Part shown: in pieces, positions 55,881 through 64,000 of the stretch | Layout of the letters: each line of letters begins with the position of its first letter | Position numbering within the stretch: position 1 is the stretch's first letter | From: an uncultured Clostridia bacterium | Lineage (GTDB): Bacteria; Bacillota; Clostridia; Christensenellales; UBA1242 | Assembly (NCBI GenBank): GCA_944383685.1 | Contig: CALWQM010000011.1 | Span: forward strand, 18,970-82,969 | Reading direction: 5' to 3' | DNA: 64,000 bases | Made by a program: the position numbers and the translations under genes | The notes under the pieces: model-generated | Database searches by the model: none | Told to the model about the DNA's origin: nothing | What the model saw: the letters and a program-made list of their open reading frames with translations, nothing else

Positions 55881-56342
55881 TTTCTTTTCTCCTTTCATTT
55901 TTAATCTAACAAAAAAGCACGCTTCCTATTGTTTAGGACGAAGCGTGCTGCTCGTGGTACCACCTAACTTCGGCTGTGTGGACAACTTAAATTTTTCCGC
56001 CGACACGCCATGTCAACACATGTCTAACGGCTAAAATTTCAGTTTTCCCCACATTCCCCTTTCAACCTCTTGAAAAATTCCGCTGGATATTTTTCTGCGA
56101 GATGTGTGCCAATTAAAATTTAAGAGCGGCAAAGCCTTTCACTATAAATTTTAATTGGAGTTAAAACTGAAATCATAAATCAATCATCCAATTTTAAGCC
56201 CTTATTATGTCCGTTCGTGGACTGACGCAAAACTTGAAACAAGTGTAATTCAACTCTGCTCCGCCAAGGTTTTTCAGCTGCCAACCTCTCTCTGTAAGCC
56301 CAAAGCAAAACCTACTTTTCTTGCCCCGCCATTTTGATTATG
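55881..56342 (-). promoter_or_regulatory. T-box riboswitch leader (Tyr specifier UAC) with terminator/antiterminator
   Basis: AGGTGGTACCACG T-box sequence (55953-55965). Terminator AGCACGCTTCC...GGAAGCGTGCTTTTTT (55911-55949). AGAGAG stem I motif. UAC-A at 56245-56247. TTGACA-16-TTAAAT promoter at 56349-56376. Confidence 0.85.
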
Positions 56343-56469
56343 TGCAAAATTTAACATATAAAAATATTTTTGTCAAGTGTTTATGTTTTGTTTTGAAAAT
56401 TTTACCACCTTTGATAAGATAATATTGGTATATTCTAATAAAGCATCATAAAAAAATAAAGGAGAAAAT

Positions 56470-57345
56470 ATGAAAACAAACAAAGTTGAACAATGCGTTA
56501 TTCTTATGGCAGGAAAAGGAACAAGATTTTTGCCAGCAACCAAAGCCGTTGCAAAGGAACTTTTCCCAATAGGTAACAAACCAATTTTAATGTTTCACTT
56601 GCAAGAAGCATTGAAAAGCGGAATAAAAAGAGTTGCACTTGTTATATCAAAAGAAAAGGAAAGTGTAAAAAATTTTCTTAAACACGATGAAAATCTTGAA
56701 AAAACACTAAAAAATAACGGAAAATTTGAAATTTTAAGCGAATTAAATGAAATTATTGATAATATGGAAATTTCATATATTTACCAAGGCGACCTCAATG
56801 GTTCCGGTGGAGCCGTTTATTCTGTGAAAGAATGGGCAAACGGAAAACCTTTTGTGGTTGTTAATGGTGACGACTTTTGCGAAAGCATTCCAGGACATCC
56901 ACCCGTTATGAAACAAGTGATTGATGCTTATGAAAAAACAGGCAAAATGATTATTGGCGCAAAGGCCTTCCCAATGGAGGTAATTCCACGCTATTCATCC
57001 ATTATTAAACAAAAGGAACTTTTTGACAAATGCTTTGAAATAAGTGGCATTATCGAAAAACCAAAAAATCCACCAACAAACCTTGTTGGGCTTGCAAGAT
57101 ATGTTTTGGATAGTGACATATTTGATGAAATATTAAATTGTCAGCCTGTAAACACAGAATACCGCTTGACTGACGCCATTGATTCATTGGCAAAAAAAGG
57201 AAGAGTTGCATCTTATGAATTTTATGCAAACTACTATGATTGCGGAAACAAACTTGAATATTTAAAATGCTTAGTCAACTTCGGCTTAAAAGATAAAGAA
57301 ATTTGTGAAGATTTTAAAAATTATTTAAAAAATATTAAAAATTAA
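56470..57345 (+). CDS. galU: UTP--glucose-1-phosphate uridylyltransferase
   Basis: MAGKGTRFLPATKAV.KE motif. Confidence 0.9.
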   Translation: MKTNKVEQCVILMAGKGTRFLPATKAVAKELFPIGNKPILMFHLQEALKSGIKRVALVISKEKESVKNFLKHDENLEKTLKNNGKFEILSELNEIIDNMEISYIYQGDLNGSGGAVYSVKEWANGKPFVVVNGDDFCESIPGHPPVMKQVIDAYEKTGKMIIGAKAFPMEVIPRYSSIIKQKELFDKCFEISGIIEKPKNPPTNLVGLARYVLDSDIFDEILNCQPVNTEYRLTDAIDSLAKKGRVASYEFYANYYDCGNKLEYLKCLVNFGLKDKEICEDFKNYLKNIKN

Positions 57346-57527
57346 CAAAAAATAAATAAAAAAATCTAAAAAATATCAAAAAATAAACATTTTATTGTTT
57401 TTTTAATTTTAGAAAATTATTTTAATTTAAATTTTAATAAATAAAAATTAAGCAAATAAAACCGAAATATAAAAATAAATTGAATATTTTACCATTATCT
57501 GCAAACACTATCACTAGGAGGTAGAAA

Positions 57528-57683
57528 ATGGAAAAATATAGACCTGGCGAATATGTCCCAGAATCTGGGGAATACACCGCTTTCAGTGACGGTGGAAGAA
57601 ATGGTGGAAAAACATACCTTGAAAAAGGAGAAAAATTCCCACCAACTCAACATGATGGCGCATATTACGTTAAAGAAGACTAA
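57528..57683 (+). CDS. YjzC-like small protein (51 aa)
   Basis: Below the ORF-track cutoff. TAGGAGG RBS. MEKYRPGEYVPESGEYTAF...LEKGEKFPPT resembles the B. subtilis YjzC family. Confidence 0.55.
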   Translation: MEKYRPGEYVPESGEYTAFSDGGRNGGKTYLEKGEKFPPTQHDGAYYVKED

Positions 57684-57736
57684 TTGACCTTCTACAACAC
57701 GAATAGGTAATAACCAATAAAAAAAGATGAGAAATT

Positions 57737-58594
57737 TTACTCATCTTTTTTATTACTTTCAAAAATTTCATTGAAGTCATAATATTTATCATCGTGTTTC
57801 ACCCCAAGCATTGTATCAACTTGGCAGTTATGAATACTTTTAAAAATATGATTTTCAACTTCTGGAATTTGCTCTTTCAAAGCTTTAATCAACTTTTTCA
57901 TGTTGAGTCTTGCAGAAGGCGAAATTTCATCTTCATCCAAATTGCATTTTTCGGTAAACCTACAAGCACACTGCAAGAACTTTAAATCGTTATAATTTTT
58001 CCATGCAATTATATCATCTTCATGAACACAATAAAGCGGACGAATAAGTTGCATCCCCTCAAAGTTTTGCGACCAAAGTTTTGGTGGCATTGCTTGGAGT
58101 TGTGCCCCGTAAAACATTCCCATAAGTGTTGTTTCAATAACATCACTGTAATGATGCGCCAAGGCAATTTTATTGCAACCAAGTTTCTTTGCTTCGTTAT
58201 ATAAATATCCCCTTCTCATTCTTGCACAAAGATAGCAAGGTGATTTTTCAATATTCACAACACTATCAAAAATATTGGTTTCAAAAATTGTTAATGGAAT
58301 TTCCAACATCTCTGCATTATGCTTAATTTGTTCCAAATTTTTTTCATTGTATCCAGGATTCATACAAAGATAGACAACTTCAAACTTTGTTTCACTGATT
58401 TTTTTCAACTGTTGCATAAGCTTGGCAAGAAGCATACTATCCTTTCCACCAGAAACACAGACAGCAATTTTGTCACCATCTTCCACAAGATTATATCTTT
58501 TAAGTGCAACAATAAATTTTGCCCAAATGGACTTACGAAATCTTTTCATCAAACTTCTTTCAACAAGTTGTGCTTTTGTTAAAACTTTTTCCAT
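57737..58594 (-). CDS. ttcA: PP-loop ATPase, tRNA 2-thiocytidine synthase TtcA family
   Basis: SGGKDS PP-loop plus CYLCARMRRG and CACRF cysteine motifs. Confidence 0.8.
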   Translation of the reverse strand: MEKVLTKAQLVERSLMKRFRKSIWAKFIVALKRYNLVEDGDKIAVCVSGGKDSMLLAKLMQQLKKISETKFEVVYLCMNPGYNEKNLEQIKHNAEMLEIPLTIFETNIFDSVVNIEKSPCYLCARMRRGYLYNEAKKLGCNKIALAHHYSDVIETTLMGMFYGAQLQAMPPKLWSQNFEGMQLIRPLYCVHEDDIIAWKNYNDLKFLQCACRFTEKCNLDEDEISPSARLNMKKLIKALKEQIPEVENHIFKSIHNCQVDTMLGVKHDDKYYDFNEIFESNKKDE

Positions 58595-58896
58595 GTTTAA
58601 ATTTTACTCTTTTTACGCACAAAATTCAAGAAAAATTGAAAAATAAGTTATAATTTCACATTTTATTTCTTTTTAACATTTTCAATTTCTTTTTCTTCAC
58701 TTAATATTGAAGCCAAAGGGTCTTCATTTTTCTTTTTAAACCATTTAAAAATACTCATATCTTTAATATGTGCAACAAGCTGAATATTATAGATAGAAGA
58801 AAAAATAAAATTGTCAACAGTTTGGTCGAATACAAAAAATATTAAATTTAATTAAATATAATAGTTTTGTTCATGAACATTAAAAAGGAGAGAGAA

Positions 58897-59136
58897 ATGA
58901 ACGATAATGAAAAATTAGAAAAATATAATATCAACACAAAAATTATAGCCAAAACATTAAAGGAAAAACAATATACATTAGAAAGGTTTTCGAAGTTATC
59001 AAACATAGACATAAACATCTTACAAGAAATATTAAAAAATAACAAAAAAGTGCCGCTTTATTATCTAGTAAAAATTGGAAGATTACTTAACATAAGTTAT
59101 TCAATATTATTTATACTTTCAAAAAAAATAAAATAG
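58897..59136 (+). CDS. Small helix-turn-helix (XRE-like) protein
   Basis: 79 aa. TLERFSKLSNIDINILQEILKN HTH-like segment. AAGGAGAG RBS. Confidence 0.55.
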   Translation: MNDNEKLEKYNINTKIIAKTLKEKQYTLERFSKLSNIDINILQEILKNNKKVPLYYLVKIGRLLNISYSILFILSKKIK

Positions 59137-59169
59137 TGCTTTCTAACACTATTTTATTTAAACAAGTTA

Positions 59170-60027
59170 TTATTCTTTCCCGCCGTCATTGATATACAAA
59201 ATTCCAAGAGTGTTTTCCCCACAATGGCTTGATATTGTTCCTCCCGCCTTTGTGCAATAAATTGTTTTAAATCCGCGGTCAACCAAACTTTGTTTCGCTT
59301 CCTCAACCATCTTTTCTGTTGCAGTTGTATAGGTCACAAAGCCGACTGACAAATCTGGATTATTAAACTCCTCCAATGTGTCTTTACAATAATTTGCAAC
59401 AACCTTGTCCATATTCCCGCGATATTTTTTATATGGTCCCATCTTTCCATCTTTCAAAATGATTTGAGGTCTAATTTGCAACAAGTTTGCCCCAAAATAT
59501 GAAAGCGCTGAACATCTACCACCTTTGTAAAGATATTCCAATTTCTTTAAAACAAAACTTGCCTGAACAGAAGGCACTCTGGATGAAGTTTTTTCGTAAA
59601 TTTCTTTTGCATCCAATCCCTGTTCTGCCAATTTTCTTGCATAAATTGCCAAAAGGGCAATTCCTGTTGACAATGACTTTGTGTCAACAATATAAACATT
59701 TTTCAATTTTTCTGCCGCATTGCATGCATTTTTGCAAGATGACGAAATCTCACTTGATAAGCAAAAATGAATAACCGCATCATAATTTTTCAAAAGATTT
59801 TCAAAATATTCACCATATTGTTCTTCGTTAATTGCAGATGTTTTTGGAAGAATTTTTGTTGCATCAACCTTTTTAAAAATTTCTTCTGGCATAATTTCGC
59901 CGTCAAAATATTCCTTATCCCCCATAATGATAGTGTATGGAATTGTTTGAATATCATATTTATTTAATAAATCTTTTGGCAAATCAATTGTGCTTTCAGC
60001 CGAAATACAAATTTTCATATTATCCAC
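59170..60027 (-). CDS. degV: DegV family fatty-acid-binding protein
   Basis: ISAESTIDLP, TSAIN, GTISSHCGENTLGI pattern. Confidence 0.9.
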   Translation of the reverse strand: MDNMKICISAESTIDLPKDLLNKYDIQTIPYTIIMGDKEYFDGEIMPEEIFKKVDATKILPKTSAINEEQYGEYFENLLKNYDAVIHFCLSSEISSSCKNACNAAEKLKNVYIVDTKSLSTGIALLAIYARKLAEQGLDAKEIYEKTSSRVPSVQASFVLKKLEYLYKGGRCSALSYFGANLLQIRPQIILKDGKMGPYKKYRGNMDKVVANYCKDTLEEFNNPDLSVGFVTYTTATEKMVEEAKQSLVDRGFKTIYCTKAGGTISSHCGENTLGILYINDGGKE

Positions 60028-60165
60028 CTCAAATCAATTATAAACAATTTAAAGGAAAATGTAAAAGAAATATTAAATATTTTAAAATTTTTAACAATTT
60101 AACTTATAAATATTTGACCAATAATTTTTCTTATGCTAAACTTACTTTATATTTAAGGAGGATTT

Positions 60166-61170
60166 ATGAGTAAAGGAAAACTCGCCACAACAATCATAAT
60201 GGCAATAATATTCTTAGCTTTTGCAATCTTTGCAATTGTCTATTATTTTGGCGAAAATTACAATGATTTTTATTCAAATGCAACACAAGAATTTGAAGTT
60301 TCTGGGCTTGATAAAGGTTTTACCCCACAGGGCTTAACCCATGAAAATGAAACTGACACCTTTCTTGTTAGCGGATATATGAATGATGGTTCAGCATCAA
60401 GAATTTATGTTGTTGATGGCGAAACTAACCAAACAGAAAAATATTTCACTCTTGCATATGACAATGACGGCACTTTAACAGATTATGTTGGGCATTGCGG
60501 TGGAATTGCAACCGACGGAAATGGTGTTTGGGTGGTTGGAGATAAAACCGTTTACTTCTTTAAATATGAAACCATTTCTGTTTGCGAAAACGGAAACAAA
60601 ATTGAAGTTGAAAGTTATTTCACCGCCCCTAATGGAGCAGATTTTGTGACTATTTATGAAAACAAACTTCTTGTTGGTGAGTTCCATAGAGATAACAAAT
60701 ATGACACCGATGAAACACACTCCATTGAAACAGCAAGCGGGAACTTGAACAAAGCAGTTTCATTTATGTATGAAATCAATAATAACAATATGTACGGACT
60801 TGAAAACCTTAACCCTGTTCTTGCAATTTCCACACCATCACTTGTTCAAGGAATGGTTATCACAGATGAGAGTATAATTCTCTCAACATCATATTCACTT
60901 CCAAGTTCAAACTTATATTTTTATGACAATATCTTAAACATAACCGAACACACTCAAAAGACCTTCACCGGAATTGATAATGCTGTTGACACATACATTT
61001 TAGACACTCCAACAAAAACAATCAAAGCACCTTGTATGAGTGAAGAAATTGCCATAAAAGACAATTCTCTTTATGTTTTATTTGAAAATGCATGCAACAA
61101 ATATAAATATTTCACTCGTGACAACCTTGAATATGTTTTCAGCTTAGATTTAGATAAAATTAGTTTATAA
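60166..61170 (+). CDS. Hypothetical membrane-anchored extracytoplasmic protein (334 aa)
   Basis: N-terminal TM anchor followed by a beta-rich domain. AAGGAGG RBS. No family recognised. Confidence 0.5.
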   Translation: MSKGKLATTIIMAIIFLAFAIFAIVYYFGENYNDFYSNATQEFEVSGLDKGFTPQGLTHENETDTFLVSGYMNDGSASRIYVVDGETNQTEKYFTLAYDNDGTLTDYVGHCGGIATDGNGVWVVGDKTVYFFKYETISVCENGNKIEVESYFTAPNGADFVTIYENKLLVGEFHRDNKYDTDETHSIETASGNLNKAVSFMYEINNNNMYGLENLNPVLAISTPSLVQGMVITDESIILSTSYSLPSSNLYFYDNILNITEHTQKTFTGIDNAVDTYILDTPTKTIKAPCMSEEIAIKDNSLYVLFENACNKYKYFTRDNLEYVFSLDLDKISL

Positions 61171-61241
61171 TTTTTAAGTCAAAAAAATAAAAAGCATATC
61201 AACAATTTAGATATGCTTTTTTTAATGCAACAAAATATGTT

Positions 61242-62573
61242 TTATTCAACAGTTATTGCAAAGCAAGTTGGAACATTTTCCACTCTCACTTTTTCACTTA
61301 TTGCAAGCCCTGCAATAACATAAACTTCATTGCCACTTGCAAGCACTGGAATAAAATCACGCTTGCGAACAGGTATTTTTTTGTCTATAAATATAGATTT
61401 AAGTTTCTTTGTTCCGCCACCGAATTTTTCAAAGACATCACCATCTTCCCTAAATCTCCAAACAGCATCCTTTGGCACTTTTCTATAATCAAAATACAAA
61501 GTGTTTCCATCATTTTTCATCATGCTGGTTTTAACTCTTTTGATTGTAATAGTTCCATAACCATCAACATTAAAAGTGATACATCTGTTTGGCTTTTTAA
61601 GAGTTGGCTTTTCAACATAAACATTTTCAAATGTCAAAAACCCATATTCTTTTGTGACCGTCACATCAAGTGGAAGTTTTATTTTTTTGCCATTTTCAAG
61701 GTTTAATGCCAAATTTTTGATTATTTCAATATGTTTTCTTTCAATATCTCTTTTAACATCAATAATTGAAAGCGCCTTGAACACTAAGCGATTATAAATT
61801 GCACTGTGAAGTTTAAAGATGCTGCAAGGAAGTTGAACAGTTTTGTTATCCACAATCAAACAGTTTAAATCAAGATTTTTGTTGATATAATCATCATCTT
61901 CGCAAACAGTTTTTGAAAAATTGTTAATCGCTTCAATAGCATTTGGCCAACGAGATAAAATTTCTTTCATAACAACATTGCGCATAAAGTTGCGATTATA
62001 GGAGTTGTCTTGATTGCTGTTATCTTCTATATATTCAATATCATTAATAGAAGCATAATCTAAAATATCTTCCTTTGAAATATTCAACATAGGGCGAATA
62101 TAAATTCCGTCACGAATAGGCTCCATACCCTTTGCACCACTTGCGCCAGCACCTCTAAAAATATGCATCAAAATGGTTTCCGCTTGGTCACTTTGGTGAT
62201 GAGCAAGAGCAATCTTATCAACAATATCTTTTTTGATTAATGCTTCAAAAACTCCATATCTTCCTTCACGAGCAGCAGTTTCAACACTAAGTTTTTTATC
62301 CTTGGCAATTTTCAAAGAGTCTATTGTAAACTTGTAAACTCTTATTCCCATTTCTTTACATTTGTCAATAACAAATTTTGCTTCGTCATAACTTTCCTCA
62401 CGGATACCATGGTTGATATGGATCCCGACAACATCAATATCTAGTTTCTCTTTGTTAGCATTCAAAAAGTGAAGCAAGCACATGGAATCAACACCACCAC
62501 TGACGCCCACTCCAATCACTTCACCTGGTTTTACTAATTTGTTTTCCTTAATAAAATCAATAATTTCTTCCAT
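61242..62573 (-). CDS. tilS: tRNA(Ile)-lysidine synthase
   Basis: GVSGGVDSM PP-loop, AHHQSDQAET motif. Confidence 0.9.
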   Translation of the reverse strand: MEEIIDFIKENKLVKPGEVIGVGVSGGVDSMCLLHFLNANKEKLDIDVVGIHINHGIREESYDEAKFVIDKCKEMGIRVYKFTIDSLKIAKDKKLSVETAAREGRYGVFEALIKKDIVDKIALAHHQSDQAETILMHIFRGAGASGAKGMEPIRDGIYIRPMLNISKEDILDYASINDIEYIEDNSNQDNSYNRNFMRNVVMKEILSRWPNAIEAINNFSKTVCEDDDYINKNLDLNCLIVDNKTVQLPCSIFKLHSAIYNRLVFKALSIIDVKRDIERKHIEIIKNLALNLENGKKIKLPLDVTVTKEYGFLTFENVYVEKPTLKKPNRCITFNVDGYGTITIKRVKTSMMKNDGNTLYFDYRKVPKDAVWRFREDGDVFEKFGGGTKKLKSIFIDKKIPVRKRDFIPVLASGNEVYVIAGLAISEKVRVENVPTCFAITVE

Positions 62574-62712
62574 TGTTTTTCCCCAAAAATTATTTTTATA
62601 TTATTATTATACAGTAAAAATATAGAAAAAACAATATATTTTTTAAAAAATTGTGTGAAAATGGTGCTTTTTTAAATATTTTTTAATTTTTTATTTTTTT
62701 TATTTCATAAAT

Positions 62713-64000
62713 TTAGTTTTCAAAAACCTTAATAATAAGCACAGTCAAATCATCAACAGCATAACCTTTATTTTTGGACAATGCCCTCTCCAATATTTGG
62801 TCAGCCAAATCTTGTGGATTGGTTATCTTCAAACTTTTGACTTCTTCCTTGAAAATTTCATCACTTTCAAAGCTGTCACTTATCCCATCCGAAACCATAA
62901 TAATATAATCATTTCCACCAACCACTTCTTTTTTAGTCACTGGCGTAACATCAGTTACTATTCCCATTGGAAGTGAAGATGATTCAATTTCCTTAATTCC
63001 GTTTTCATTCAAAATATAAGTTATTGGGCTTGCCATTTTAACAAAATCAACAATCCCATTTTTTAAATCTAAAACCCCAACATCAAGTGCAGAAAAAATA
63101 TCCTCTTTATGCAAATTTAAAAGTTTGTTTACCGTTGACAAAATTATATCATTGTCAAAGCCGGCTTTATAAAAATTTTCAATAAGTGAAATGGAAAGTT
63201 CACTTATGTTCTCTGCCTTTTCTCCACTACCCATACCATCACTTACTGCAAACAAAATTCTGTCACCATCAAGCTTAACAATTGTGTAAGTATCACCAGA
63301 CTTTGGTGAGCCTTCTTTTGTTTTTTGTGCGATTCCAAACATGCATTCATAACGAGGTGCCGTTTTTAGGTTAACAACTGTATAGTTTGGTCTGGAACTT
63401 GGGAAAATTTCATATACCGCCATTTTGCATCCACAAACTTTGCCGACACAATCAACAATTCGCAATTTTTCACTATCCTCATTCCTGACCACCAAAGATG
63501 CAACCATTGTGTGGATATCCTTTTCAAACACAACCGCATCAATGCAAATAATGTTGTGATAGGTAAGCTCATCCAAAATTTTGTTTTCCCTGACGGTATC
63601 AAAGGAAACATTACTTTCCACTTCTTTTGACAAAGTTCCAATAACCTTTGAAATTCCCAAAAGTTGTTCTGCGATAATCACCTTGCTTGTGTCAACATCA
63701 CTCAACATTGATATATATTTTTTATATTGTGCAGTAAGTGCGTTGACACTGCCAAGTATTGCCGTTGTCTGCTTGCATCTTGATGTTAAATATGACGGTA
63801 TATCAAGAAGTGTAACTTTTCCCCTGTCAAAAGCAATTGTCACAAGTTCATCAAAAACCTTTTTTGTGTCTTCGGCAAAAGTTCTGTGACAATGATTTCT
63901 TTCAGGGCAATATGAGCAAATTTTATCCTTTATCTCTTGATTCAAAATCTTAACCACATCATCCTTAGACATTCCCTTTTTAAGCATTTGGCGATAGATT
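62713..64000 (-). CDS. spoIIE: Stage II sporulation protein E (PP2C phosphatase), C-terminal part; runs off the window's right edge
   Basis: PP2C motifs (SGDTY, AVSDGMGSG, VSDGI, DDLTV). The frame stays open upstream of the track's ATG through position 64000. Confidence 0.85.
   Translation of the reverse strand, partial: IYRQMLKKGMSKDDVVKILNQEIKDKICSYCPERNHCHRTFAEDTKKVFDELVTIAFDRGKVTLLDIPSYLTSRCKQTTAILGSVNALTAQYKKYISMLSDVDTSKVIIAEQLLGISKVIGTLSKEVESNVSFDTVRENKILDELTYHNIICIDAVVFEKDIHTMVASLVVRNEDSEKLRIVDCVGKVCGCKMAVYEIFPSSRPNYTVVNLKTAPRYECMFGIAQKTKEGSPKSGDTYTIVKLDGDRILFAVSDGMGSGEKAENISELSISLIENFYKAGFDNDIILSTVNKLLNLHKEDIFSALDVGVLDLKNGIVDFVKMASPITYILNENGIKEIESSSLPMGIVTDVTPVTKKEVVGGNDYIIMVSDGISDSFESDEIFKEEVKSLKITNPQDLADQILERALSKNKGYAVDDLTVLIIKVFEN

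Noticed and set aside
58663-58758. 31-aa minus-strand ORF (MSIFKWFKKKNEDPLASILSEEKEIENVKKK) upstream of ttcA, preceded by TTGACA-20-TATAAT. Considered as a possible leader peptide or small protein.
   Set aside because: There is no convincing RBS and the promoter spacing is poor. ttcA has its own well-formed promoter (TTGAAT-17-TAAAAT) downstream of it. The evidence is insufficient to call a gene.

Overview
AT-rich (roughly 30% GC by eye) chromosomal core segment of an endospore-forming Firmicute, Clostridia-like. All calls come from reading the translated ORFs and the DNA by eye; no database search was run.

Gene content, in order:
- feoB (5' part) and feoA, then nrdR.
- Sporulation sigma cluster: ylmC, sigG, sigE, spoIIGA.
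- ftsZ, ftsA, serS.
- A 1117-aa surface lipoprotein.
- A dispersed dcw/mur cluster: ftsQ, murA, spoVE/ftsW, murD, mraY, murE, ddl, murF, murC.
- spoVG, ypeB-sleB, spoIIR, a SPOCS/DUF3794 protein, veg.
- ppdK, engB, hlyIII, gtrA, glmM, and one tRNA-Glu(CUC).
- The rpe-rsgA-rlmN-fmt-def-cutA-priA-rpoZ block.
- mazF, acpS, recX, yigZ.
- tyrS with a T-box leader, galU, ttcA, degV, tilS and the 3' part of spoIIE.

I saw no rRNA, CRISPR array, transposase or integrase.

Signals most worth follow-up:
1. Two long G/C homopolymers (G10 and C9) each sit inside a sigma-A-type promoter spacer. One drives the big surface lipoprotein, the other a member of an uncharacterised two-copy protein family. Both are candidate phase-variation switches.
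2. At about ten genes a -10 hexamer lies 6-9 nt upstream of the ATG with no Shine-Dalgarno, implying widespread leaderless mRNAs.
3. mazF is paired with a non-canonical upstream ORF.
4. A GC-enriched structured element of about 130 nt lies between the tyrS stop and its terminator.
5. An NrdR-box-like inverted repeat occurs at both the nrdR and ppdK promoters.
6. A conserved A-tract element recurs in several intergenic regions.
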